A stretch of DNA of 62,460 bases, filler included, from an uncultured bacterium (GTDB lineage: Bacteria > JAGOEH01): assembly GCA_964632485.1 (NCBI GenBank). It is 10 parts of 10 records of this genome, joined end to end, with 100 filler letters (N's around TTAATTAATTAA, not from the genome) between each part and the next. Parts side by side here need not be neighbours in the genome. Positions count along the whole stretch, not along the records: positions 30,195 to 35,775 come from CAZWDO010000049.1; positions 35,876 to 41,455 come from CAZWDO010000050.1; positions 41,556 to 46,841 come from CAZWDO010000051.1; 7 more parts are not named here. One strand, given 5' to 3'. The notes below the pieces were generated by a model, which had not been told where the DNA came from, searched no databases, and saw nothing but the letters and a program-made list of their open reading frames with translations. Of the stretch, positions 33,750-43,325 are shown in pieces. The translations under genes were made by a program, and so were the position numbers. Position 1 is the first letter of the stretch; every line of letters starts with the position of its first letter.

Positions 33750-34142
33750 AAATATAAAGGCTGTATAAATGATTGTAAGGTTTGGATTTGTCTTAATGAT
33801 TATTAAGCAGGAGGAACCTTCAGGTATAATGTTACAACTATTTTAGGGAACTAAACGTTATAGGGCGTAAAACGTACTAAATTTAGAGTATATACGCGAT
33901 ATGGTGTATATACAAAGGTTGTAGGACATGCCGAGGAGGTTTTTTAAGAAACGATATATATGTGTCAAAGAAAAAAGCGAAAAGGTATTTTTTAATATAA
34001 TAAGATTTGCCCGTTTTAAGACACCTGCATGTCCTGTGCGGGAAAAAAAGAGGAGAATTTCGAATAAAATATAATCAATAAATGTAGCCGGTGATATTAG
34101 GGTTAAACCCAAGCATCAAAAAGATTATTGGATTAAATCCAG

Positions 34143-34231
34143 GAAAGGACATAACACTTGACCGGCTAAAAACAAATACCGCATTGCAGATGAAGGATGC
34201 GGGAATTGAATTTAAGGCGGTGTAGAACATG
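34143..34231 (+). repeat. 89-bp direct repeat copy 1 (type III Mod C-terminus-like) ending at the fic ATG
   Basis: 84/89 identical to 35465-35553; translates KDITLDRLKTNTALQMKDAGIEFKAV*. Confidence 0.9.
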
Positions 34232-35344
34232 AAACCTTTTATCCCCCATGAATTTCCGCCGGAAAATCTGGATTGGCAAAAGTTAGTGCCGCTTATCGGC
34301 AAGGCGAACGCCGCAATCTCCAGATATGATGGACTATTGCAAAGTTTAATTAATCCGGCTGTACTGCTTTCTCCAATTACAACCAATGAAGCGGTTTTAT
34401 CGTCACGGATTGAAGGAACACAAGCCTCATTGGGAGAAGTTCTTGAGTACGATGCTGGACTTGATACCGGGAAATCAGCCTCAAAAAATGAAGATATAAA
34501 AGAAATAAGTAACTATCGAAAAGTTTTGCGAATTGCCGAGGATGAGTTAAAAAAACGGCCAATTAGCCTTAATTTTATAAAATGCCTTCATGAGGTTCTG
34601 CTTGACAGCGTCCTCGGCAGAAATAAGGAACCTGGGCGATTCAGAAAAGACCAGAACTGGATAGGGAAAAAGGGTACACCCATTGAAAATGCCCGTTTTG
34701 TACCTCCAGACCCGTTTATTTTGCAGGAACATTTGGAAAAATGGGAAAAATTCTTACTGCAGGATGATTTCTCCGACCCTCTGGTACAGCTCGCCATTGT
34801 CCACGCCCAATTTGAGATACTGCACCCCTTTATGGACGGAAACGGCCGTATCGGCAGGCTTCTTATTCCACTGTTTCTTTATATGAAAAGATCTCTTAAT
34901 AGTCCCATGTTTTATTTGAGCGAGTATCTGGAAACGCACCGGGACGATTATTACGACGGGTTATTAGCGATTACCTCGGAAAACAACTGGCAGGAATGGA
35001 TAGAATATTTCTTGCAAGCCATTATAATACAATCAGGTACAAACATATCAAAAGCTAGAAATATCCTCGGCTTATATGAGAAACTGAAAGATGGATTTAT
35101 TAACACCACACATTCGCAATATGCTGTTCCTGCTCTGGATACCTTCTTTAAGGCTCCAATTATCAATACGGTTGATTTCATTAAATTGTCCGGTATTCCA
35201 AATAAAGTAACCGTTAATGATTTATTACGAAAACTGGCAAAAACTGATATTATCAAAACCTTGCGGAAAGGTCGGGGCAGAATGCCGTCGGTATATGCCT
35301 TGCCTGATTTGCTTAATATAGCTGAAGGGAAAAAAATTCTATGA
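34229..35344 (+). CDS. fic: Fic family protein with DUF4172-type N-terminus
   Basis: EAVLSSRIEGT and HPFMDGNGRIGR motifs. Confidence 0.95.
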   Translation: MKPFIPHEFPPENLDWQKLVPLIGKANAAISRYDGLLQSLINPAVLLSPITTNEAVLSSRIEGTQASLGEVLEYDAGLDTGKSASKNEDIKEISNYRKVLRIAEDELKKRPISLNFIKCLHEVLLDSVLGRNKEPGRFRKDQNWIGKKGTPIENARFVPPDPFILQEHLEKWEKFLLQDDFSDPLVQLAIVHAQFEILHPFMDGNGRIGRLLIPLFLYMKRSLNSPMFYLSEYLETHRDDYYDGLLAITSENNWQEWIEYFLQAIIIQSGTNISKARNILGLYEKLKDGFINTTHSQYAVPALDTFFKAPIINTVDFIKLSGIPNKVTVNDLLRKLAKTDIIKTLRKGRGRMPSVYALPDLLNIAEGKKIL

Positions 35345-35464
35345 TTTTGAGTAAAGCAAAATATCTACAAAGCAATTTGCGTAAATTATATAGCGTATTG
35401 TCTTACGCTAATATTTCTGCGGCTGATATACTTTACGAAAACTGAAAGAGATTATTCACTATCC

Positions 35465-35553
35465 GAAAGGACATTACGCTTGACCGGCTAAAAACAAATA
35501 CCGCATTGCAGATCAAGGATGCGGGAATTGAATTCAAGGCGGTGTAGAATATG
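35465..35553 (+). repeat. 89-bp direct repeat copy 2 ending at the AAA ATPase ATG
   Basis: See copy 1. Confidence 0.9.
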
Positions 35554-35722
35554 GCAAGAGCAGATATTTTAATAAGCTTAGTAAAATCAGCAAAAAAAAT
35601 GATGTGGTTTCTTTTCGTAAATCTGTTGAAAGTCTGATTGCCGATGAAAGAGCCAGGAAATATAATATTTTAGCTGACAGATTGACCGTTGCTATAAACG
35701 CTGAAAACGGAACTACCATAAT
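35551..35722 (+). pseudogene. N-terminus of an AAA+ ATPase of the type paired with S8 proteases (IetA-like); frameshifted and IS-truncated
   Basis: MARADILISLVKSAKK / DVVSFRKSVESLIADERARKYNILADRL, with a frameshift in an A8 tract. Confidence 0.65.
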
Positions 35723-35775
35723 CATAGATTTTCACGGACAGAAATACCCGTAGTAGAATTGTAATGCAAATTTGT
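35723..35775 (+). mobile_element. IS end CATAGATTTTCACGGA (counterpart of 1-54)
   Basis: 16-bp identity plus shared CGTAGTA; at the contig end. Confidence 0.7.
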
Positions 35776-35973
35776 NNNNNNNNNNNNNNNNNNNNNNNNN
35801 NNNNNNNNNNNNNNNNNNNTTAATTAATTAANNNNNNNNNNNNNNNNNNNNNNNNNNNNNNNNNNNNNNNNNNNNACTCTGGTTTACAAATTGGTGTCAA
35901 ATTAATTTCCAAGAGTTCAGGTTCTCTGAGGTTAAAAAAAATTACCGCCAGCAAAAAAATCACAAAATTCCCC

Positions 35974-36002
35974 TTGACAAAGCTTAGATATCTAATTATA
36001 TT
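35974..36002 (+). promoter_or_regulatory. marR promoter with overlapping palindromic operator TTAGATATCTAA
   Basis: TTGACA-17-TATATT with a perfect 12-bp palindrome in the spacer (35984-35995). Confidence 0.8.
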
Positions 36003-36008
36003 GGCGGC

Positions 36009-36434
36009 ATGAGACCCAGCAAAGCCGTATCCATGATCAGTCGCATTCGCGAACGGGCCTACAGCCTGATTGGCGCCGAACTCGAAAAGGCCGGCATCCG
36101 CGGCATCGTGCCTTCCCATGGCAGCATCCTGATCACCCTCTACCGCGAGGACCGGCCGCTGGCCATGAAGGAAATCGCTGAAAGGATCGGCAAAACCCAG
36201 CCCACGGTTACGGTGCTGGTGGAGAAACTGATCGAACATGGTTTCGTTACCCGAGAAAAAGACTCCCGCGACGCCCGGCGCCATTTCGTCCAGCTGACCG
36301 ACCGTGGCCGGGAGTTCAAGAATACGTTTTTTGAAATCTCCAATTGCGTCAACGAACGCCTGTTCGCGGGATTCAGCAACCTGGAACAGGAACTGCTGGA
36401 AAAACTACTGCAAAAAATGCTGGACAACCTGTGA
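36009..36434 (+). CDS. MarR family transcriptional regulator
   Basis: EIAERIGKTQPTVTVLVEKL..GFV.R..D.RDARR...LT..G winged-helix pattern. Confidence 0.95.
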   Translation: MRPSKAVSMISRIRERAYSLIGAELEKAGIRGIVPSHGSILITLYREDRPLAMKEIAERIGKTQPTVTVLVEKLIEHGFVTREKDSRDARRHFVQLTDRGREFKNTFFEISNCVNERLFAGFSNLEQELLEKLLQKMLDNL

Positions 36435-36450
36435 TTTTTTTGAGCAAAAA

Positions 36451-36466
36451 AATTAGATGTCTAATT
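36451..36466. promoter_or_regulatory. Second MarR operator AATTAGATGTCTAATT
   Basis: Near-palindrome matching the first operator, upstream of the flavoprotein gene. Confidence 0.75.
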
Positions 36467-36504
36467 ATTAATATGCCACACCTAACCTTATACTGGAGCC
36501 ATTC

Positions 36505-37071
36505 ATGAAAATCGTTGCCTTCTCCACCAGTCCCCGCAAGGACGCCAACACCGAAACCCTACTGCGCCATATTCTCGAAGGCGCCAAACAAGCCGGAGCT
36601 GAAACCCGTCTGTTCCGCCTCAATGAGTTATCCATCAAAGGATGCCAGGCTTGTATGTACTGCCGCGGCCACGAAGGCTGCGCCATCAAGGACGATATGC
36701 AGTCCCTCTACGCGGAAATTGACAGCGCTGATGCTATTGTCATCGGTTCGCCGATTTATATGTGGAACCTGAACGCCCAGGCCAAAACATTCATCGACCG
36801 CTTGTACCCCTATCTGAAACCCGACTATACTTCTAAAGTAAATATTCCAACGCTCCTGGCTATCACCCAGGGACAACCCGCGCCCGACACCTTCAAGACT
36901 TCCCTGGAGAATGCCGCCGGCGTGCTCAATTTCCTGGGCTTCAAAGTCAAAGACGTTATCGTCGAAGGCGGCTGCTATGCCAAGGATGATCTCGCTAAAC
37001 GAGATACTGCCATCCAAAAAGCGATCCTAACCGGCCAGGCATTGGTCACCCACGCCCAATCCTGGGCCTGA
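36505..37071 (+). CDS. Iron-sulfur flavoprotein / NADPH-dependent FMN reductase family
   Basis: SPRK..NT, CQACMYC..C..KDDM, GSPIY and KTFIDR motifs. Confidence 0.92.
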   Translation: MKIVAFSTSPRKDANTETLLRHILEGAKQAGAETRLFRLNELSIKGCQACMYCRGHEGCAIKDDMQSLYAEIDSADAIVIGSPIYMWNLNAQAKTFIDRLYPYLKPDYTSKVNIPTLLAITQGQPAPDTFKTSLENAAGVLNFLGFKVKDVIVEGGCYAKDDLAKRDTAIQKAILTGQALVTHAQSWA

Positions 37072-37104
37072 TCTTCCCCTCCAATAATTGGATAAACATT
37101 ATGC

Positions 37105-37142
37105 CGGTCGCCGGAAAACTTCAATACCGGCGACTGATTTTT
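37105..37142 (+). terminator. Intrinsic terminator
   Basis: GTCGCCGG...CCGGCGAC followed by a T run. Confidence 0.55.
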
Positions 37143-37513
37143 AAATTATCCTTCCTACTCATTAAAAATAATAAAATTTGACAAATACCCATTAATATAT
37201 TAAAATACGTATAGAATTTAGGCCAACTAATATATCAGCGAATAGTTATCCTAAATTTTGTTCAAAAACCCTTTTACTGGTTTGCCAGATTATGTTTTCG
37301 TCACTTTATTCAAACATGGAATCGATATAAAATTCCAACAGAAATGGTTAGAACATAGAACTCACATGTTAATTCCAGCCATGAAAAAACTGAAAATTGA
37401 ATGGAATATGTCTATTTGCTTACCATGTGTGATATCATAGCTGCTTTAAAAATGTATACCCGCTCCAGATTTGAGTTAAAATTTGGAAATTAACATTAGC
37501 CAAAGGAAATCCA

Positions 37514-40500
37514 ATGAAACACCTATTATTCTTTATTATGATCATACTTTTTTTCGGAAAATCCTATTCTCAGGAAATAATAATAGTTTTAGGGCCGTAT
37601 CAAGGAGAAACCGTATTAAAATACCACACGATAGACTTGACATGGCAAATCATTAACAATCCAATCGATTCATGTAGTCTCTGGTTTGGCCTTGATTCCA
37701 CAATCCTATCCGACTCCGTGCGGATCCCCTTTACAATTGATGAAGAGTATCAGAGTTACTCTATAAACTTTCATGACTTGGCAATTGTTGATTACCATCA
37801 AACCTGGTATTGGCAAGTCAGAACTGATGGAGCTGGCAGCCAGATTTTTCATTTCACGGTGGACTATGCAATATTTTATGCCTATCCTAATGACAACTAT
37901 AATATATATCCCTTCAGCGCAACTCTGGCCTGGTACATGAGAGATTATGAAATTCAATCGTGTGAGCTTTTTTTTGGTAGTGACCCCATTGTCTTGGATT
38001 TTTTAAGCGTAGTGGAAACAGTAAATAAAAATTCCGGAAACTTTAGTTATTCTCTCAGTGATAATATTTTCCTAAATTATGATCAGGATTATTATTGGCA
38101 AGTGCGAACAGAATTTGAAACCGGACCGATTTATCATTTCCGTACGGTACCCGATACCAGCGGAGGTCAAAATTTTGCTCCACAAAAACCTACGTTGCTC
38201 TATCCGCTGGACCAACAGACCAATGTTTCTATCTGGGATGGAATCAACCGCGATTTTTTGGATTTCTTATACTATTTCAGCGTAGATATCAATTTGGACA
38301 CTTTATCGTATGAAATATTTATCGATACAGTGGAACCGCCTCAAACCAAATATAATTCCTTACAAACGTATTCCCACCCGCCAGCCCCCCGGTTTCATAC
38401 TACTTATTACTGGTTTGTGAAAGCTTTTGACGGAGAGCTATACAGTCCTGCTTCCGACACACTCAGCTTTACCACTTCCAATTTCCAAACAGTAATGAAC
38501 GGTTTTCCGACTTTTTATTTAACTTCTTATGACAGCCTTTGGATCAATTTGAGCGACTTCGTAATAAATCTCGATAATGATTTACTAATTTTTCGGATAG
38601 GGGGCTATGAAAAAATTCAACTCTATACTCAAGATTCAATCAACTATCTATTTTATACCGGGCTGATTGCCGATTCCTCAATGGAAATGCTGGAATGCCA
38701 AGTAGAGGATGAGGTGAACGATATGAATTCCACCTATATAAACTTTATTCTAACACCCGCGAAGCAAACCGACACTTCAGCCCCCTCATTATTAATCACC
38801 CCTGAATATTTTTTGCAGGCATCCTTTACTACAGGCGCCCCTCAACTATCTGCCTATTTTTTGCTTAACGAACCGGGAAAAATCAATTTTACATTAATAC
38901 GGCAAAGCGATCAGCAACAAAATGCCTACAATTCCGCCCTTTATCAACGGCTTCACTGGCTTACCATCAACGATCTAAAATGGGATGAAACCTATTCGCT
39001 TTCCTATACACTGATTGATTATTATCAAAACCTCGCAGAAAACGCTGACCTATGGATTACCACATATCGGGAGAATAATCCATGGACTTTCAATCAGCTT
39101 CCGGGAATTGTCCGCTTGCGAGAAAACTCCGTTTCGGTTTACTGGACGACCAATCATTATGAATCAACCCATCGAGCGCGGATTAAATACGGAATTACTC
39201 CCATTCTGGAAAACAATACCCCCTGGACTAATTTTAGCAAAGGATACGGTATGATGATTTTATCCGACTTAATTCTTTATACTCCATATTATGCGATGGT
39301 GGAAATAGAACCTCCTTTAAGCGATTCGAGTCTACATTCAGATACGATCAGTTGGACCAACGTTAGCATTACCGATACGATTCCACCCTATCTACTCGAC
39401 GATCCCCGTATCGTAACCAACGATGTCAGCGCCTATTTTTATTTCCGCACCATCAAACCCGCATCATCTGATTTATACTATACCCTTCCGTCAGGAGAGG
39501 AACAGAAAACATCCAATACCCTTTTTCGGAAGGAGCACTATATCCGCCTATTTGACTTGATGCCTGCAACCACATATCCTTATCGCTTGGAATTAACCGA
39601 TCCCAACGGCAATCGTTTCAATTGGCCACAAACCCCGAGCCTTTTGGCGCGGATTCAACCAACCAACGGCTTGAACAACTCGTTCACCACCAACCGCCAG
39701 TCCGATACGCGCGCCCCGGTGTTCGTTTCCCCCCCGGCTGTCAGAATGAGTGGCGACCGTGGCGTTTTGATCGAATGGTCATTGGATGAGTCCGCGTTTT
39801 ACCAGATATTTCTCATCGACCACGATAAACCGATTCGCTTGCTTTCCAATACATTTCCCGAAGATAAAACGAATCTGCCCCTCACGCAGCTTACATCCTC
39901 CAATACCTATCAACTCCGTTTCAGTTTTAATGATATTTCACAAAACATTTTCAGCCCCAGTGAACTTTTCAGCTTTCAAACCTCGCCGGATAACCCATTG
40001 ATCAACGATACAATTCAAGTTTTAGAACCGGAGATACTCACCTTTAATCAAAATTTTACTCTTATTCGATACCAAACGGATACCTATTGCCAAAACATGA
40101 CACAATTGTTCAACCTCAATCGTGAAGTTGTTCAATACCAGGAAACCGCGCATTTTACTCTCAATCATCTGACTATTCTGCCAATCTACCCAAATTCCGA
40201 TATGATTACCTTATTTTTGACCAATCTTAATGGAATGACCCGTTATGATTCCTTACATTTAAATGCAACGATCCTGGAATCGGCAGCTCCCGTTTTTTTA
40301 CAACCCCCTCAGTTACTTTATGTAAGTGATCAGATCGCCATTTTTGATTATCGAGCGGATCAGCAAGTTAAACTTCTGGCGCAAATTACCGGGACCATTG
40401 ACACTCTCTATTTTAATCAAAACAATTTCTCATCGTCAGACCGCGTTTTTTGTAGCGGATTATCCGCCGGAGAGGTCTATGCGGCTATTTTTCATATCAC

Positions 40501-41143
40501 CAGCATTGGCGATTTATCAACTCAAACCGATGCAATTTTTTTTACAACATCCCAAGCCCCTGACATCACCCCCCCTGGCAATCTAAAAAATCTAACCATT
40601 CAAACTGATGGACATCTAATCCATGTTTCCTGGAACATCCCCGACGATCCCGACTATGCCGGATGCCGAATTGAACGTTCATGGAACGGCAGCATGAATA
40701 CCCTGGCTACTCTTTATCGGGATACCTGTTTCACGGATAGTTTAATGGTGGATTCGACGTGCCTCTATATTTTTACCCCGTCGGATTTAGCCGGCAATTC
40801 CGCTGTAGCAGATACATTGAACCTATTCAGCGCCATTCAAGAAACGATTAATACTCCGCGGAACGCGATTATTGTATCTCCACCCTATCCCAATCCCTTC
40901 AACGATCACATAATCTTCAATATCCGTGTGGGCGCAGATAAAATTGGAAAAACCAGTGAATTTAAAATTTATGATTTGATGGGACATACCGTTTACCAAA
41001 CTCAGATGAAACTAACATCCGATAACGAGTTATGTTTTCAAGCGATGGATATTCATGGAAGAAATTTGTCTTCCGGGATCTATTTCTATCAAATCAAACA
41101 GGGAAAGACAGTTGTTCAGGGCAAAATCATCCTGATCCGCTGA
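37514..41143 (+). CDS. Large secreted FN3/Ig-repeat protein with T9SS type A sorting domain
   Basis: Signal peptide; YYWQV and DT.PP repeats; PYPNPFN...GRNLSSGIYFY. Confidence 0.85.
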   Translation: MKHLLFFIMIILFFGKSYSQEIIIVLGPYQGETVLKYHTIDLTWQIINNPIDSCSLWFGLDSTILSDSVRIPFTIDEEYQSYSINFHDLAIVDYHQTWYWQVRTDGAGSQIFHFTVDYAIFYAYPNDNYNIYPFSATLAWYMRDYEIQSCELFFGSDPIVLDFLSVVETVNKNSGNFSYSLSDNIFLNYDQDYYWQVRTEFETGPIYHFRTVPDTSGGQNFAPQKPTLLYPLDQQTNVSIWDGINRDFLDFLYYFSVDINLDTLSYEIFIDTVEPPQTKYNSLQTYSHPPAPRFHTTYYWFVKAFDGELYSPASDTLSFTTSNFQTVMNGFPTFYLTSYDSLWINLSDFVINLDNDLLIFRIGGYEKIQLYTQDSINYLFYTGLIADSSMEMLECQVEDEVNDMNSTYINFILTPAKQTDTSAPSLLITPEYFLQASFTTGAPQLSAYFLLNEPGKINFTLIRQSDQQQNAYNSALYQRLHWLTINDLKWDETYSLSYTLIDYYQNLAENADLWITTYRENNPWTFNQLPGIVRLRENSVSVYWTTNHYESTHRARIKYGITPILENNTPWTNFSKGYGMMILSDLILYTPYYAMVEIEPPLSDSSLHSDTISWTNVSITDTIPPYLLDDPRIVTNDVSAYFYFRTIKPASSDLYYTLPSGEEQKTSNTLFRKEHYIRLFDLMPATTYPYRLELTDPNGNRFNWPQTPSLLARIQPTNGLNNSFTTNRQSDTRAPVFVSPPAVRMSGDRGVLIEWSLDESAFYQIFLIDHDKPIRLLSNTFPEDKTNLPLTQLTSSNTYQLRFSFNDISQNIFSPSELFSFQTSPDNPLINDTIQVLEPEILTFNQNFTLIRYQTDTYCQNMTQLFNLNREVVQYQETAHFTLNHLTILPIYPNSDMITLFLTNLNGMTRYDSLHLNATILESAAPVFLQPPQLLYVSDQIAIFDYRADQQVKLLAQITGTIDTLYFNQNNFSSSDRVFCSGLSAGEVYAAIFHITSIGDLSTQTDAIFFTTSQAPDITPPGNLKNLTIQTDGHLIHVSWNIPDDPDYAGCRIERSWNGSMNTLATLYRDTCFTDSLMVDSTCLYIFTPSDLAGNSAVADTLNLFSAIQETINTPRNAIIVSPPYPNPFNDHIIFNIRVGADKIGKTSEFKIYDLMGHTVYQTQMKLTSDNELCFQAMDIHGRNLSSGIYFYQIKQGKTVVQGKIILIR

Positions 41144-41405
41144 GATAAATTGCTAACAATGTAAACGGCTATTCCAAAAACAACCGGGACTGCAAAATTT
41201 GCAAATAGAAGAAAAACATCCAAGTTATCTGTTAAACCGTCTGCCCAATGTAAAAAATTATTCTCTATATGTATTAGAAAGCAATTTAAAAGTCGCTTTC
41301 TAATTTTAGCTTCGTTGATTGCGAATATTATCGTGATAGGTTAGGTATCTTGCACCTAAACAGATAGGGGACCAATGATTTGTTCCTATGCTATGAGGGG
41401 AGGTC

Positions 41406-41445
41406 AAAAAAAAAAGCCCATCGTGATATATAACGAATGGGCTTT
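41406..41445 (-). terminator. Intrinsic terminator on the minus strand
   Basis: AAAGCCCAT..ATGGGCTTT stem with a 10-nt T tail on the minus strand. Confidence 0.7.
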
Positions 41446-41555
41446 AAGGAGTAGCNNNNNNNNNNNNNNNNNNNNNNNNNNNNNNNNNNNNNNNNNNNNT
41501 TAATTAATTAANNNNNNNNNNNNNNNNNNNNNNNNNNNNNNNNNNNNNNNNNNNN

Positions 41556-42074
41556 TGTCGACACCCCAGATAATGATACCGGGACAGCAAGTCGCCAAAC
41601 AGCGCGGCTTGCGCCGGGTCTTCCACCCGCTCGATGCGCAGGGGCTGAAGTTCCGAAAGCGAACGTCGGATCGGCGGAGGGGTTGGCATCGCCTCCATCG
41701 TCTCGAAAAGGAGTTATGTTGAATCTGACGATGAGGTCCGACGACGCTGGCGGCCGATGCGCGCCAATGGCGGCAATCGCAGCAACCCCTTAGCCTCAAG
41801 CTTGCGCAACATCTCCCGGCAGGCCATATCTTTCCATTGACCTCGGGGCGTCTTCCAATCCCATGTCCGGCACAATTCTTTCGACAATCGGGTACGGTTC
41901 CAATTGGGATTACCGTCGATCAAATTCTGGATGAATTCGATGTCGGCGGGGCTTAAAGATCGGGTCTGGACAAGTATCGGTTCGTTCAAGTGGATAATAT
42001 AATCAATTATCCACATTGAGTCCAGATAAAAATGACTATCCACAAAAAAAATTACGCTACACCTGACCTGTTAC
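41556..42074 (-). mobile_element. IS66-like left end carrying a DUF4338-family gene with an in-frame stop
   Basis: GTAACAGGTCAG terminus at 42074; RTRLSKELC..WDW...KDMACREML..L..LPP-ST*LL-...YHYLG in a single frame. Confidence 0.7.
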
Positions 42075-42084
42075 ATTTTTCCTA

Positions 42085-42544
42085 TCAATTAATAACATAT
42101 CTATATTTATTATTACTTAATTTATTTTTCATTACATTTATATTTACATAATTAAACTTCTTAAAAATAACATTTTCATAATGTAATTTTGAATTAAAAC
42201 ACCCTTTAGTAAAACATTCTGCTAATTCTAATTCATTATAATTATTATTTATTATATGGTTACCTAAATTCTCACCATAAGAAGATATAACATTATTATT
42301 TGTATTATAATGTTTTTTTACATACAATAAAGTTTTTACACCTTCTAAACTTAAATGACTAAAATAATTATTAAATAAAAGATCAAAAGATTTATTATAA
42401 GTAATAAAATTAGATTCATAATCAAAGCTTAAAGTATCTAAATTTAATTTTTTTCTTTCTTTATTTATTAAATTCCACATTAATATTTCTATCTTTTTAC
42501 AAGACTCATCATAAATAATTTCATTTGATAACTTTTTATATTCT
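42085..42544 (-). pseudogene. CAP (SCP-like) domain gene fragment, ~16% GC
   Basis: INKERKK..NNYFSH..GENL..NS..HYEN motifs; hand count 73 G+C in 456 nt. Confidence 0.75.
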
Positions 42545-43099
42545 TTACAAGGTAAAAGACGCCGGCAGCAGTCCGGGATGATTGAAAAGCCGCCAATGCA
42601 GTTCCACCATCTGATTCGATGGGGCGTGGTAATAATTGACAGTATGGTAAATTCGGCGGAACCCTTTTTCCTGACTCTGAGTCAAGGTAAACGCCGGAAA
42701 GCGTCGTCGGTAGCCGAGCCGGGTCAGCTCCCGCTCCGCGTCGCGGATGCGGTCCGCGGGGACCAGAACGTCCAAATCCACGGATTCGCGAAAATGGTAG
42801 TCGCCGAAGATTTTCCGGCTGAGCAGCGGTCCTTTCAGGGAAATCCAATCCAGGCCGATGGCCTGGAATGCCCGTCCGATTCGGTTCAATTCCCCCAGTT
42901 GCGCCAGGTTGTTGTGGGCGATCGCCTGGAAATCCGAGAACAGACGCTTCAATATCGGTTTCGGTATTTGAGGGTTTTGCAGTTTATGCAAGCTGGTCCA
43001 GACGAGGGGCTGCACGCCATGGGACTTCGCCAGGCCGTAGAACCGGTTCCAGTCCATGTCCCCTTTCAGGCAATCTTGAATTGATTCGGCGCCGCGCAT
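42545..43099 (-). pseudogene. Nucleotidyltransferase (NTP_transf_5-like) fragment
   Basis: LKGPLLS...R.S.DLDVLV...VELHW motifs; ends abruptly at the AT-rich segment. Confidence 0.8.
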
Positions 43100-43325
43100 T
43101 CTATGGTGATGTTTCAGGCATGCCAGTATATAGATGAATTTCAGTTGAAAAGATATAAGACTCCTGGCTTATCCGGGGTTTTTATACGCTGGTTACATTT
43201 AGATCAAACTAATCTCGTCATTTAACCGTCTTCTAAGACACGTATTGAGCAATATAATTACGACAGGCAATAAAATCAAGCTGAAAGCAATCATGCGAAA
43301 TATTTTTTCCTGAAGAGTGCGTCCC

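Noticed and set aside
41446-41455. Possible tRNA 3' end (GCTAC) before the minus-strand terminator
   Set aside because: Only about 5 informative bases remain before the contig end.
41556-42043. Druantia defence system from DUF4338
   Set aside because: A single disrupted gene beside an IS66-like end; no other Druantia genes are visible.
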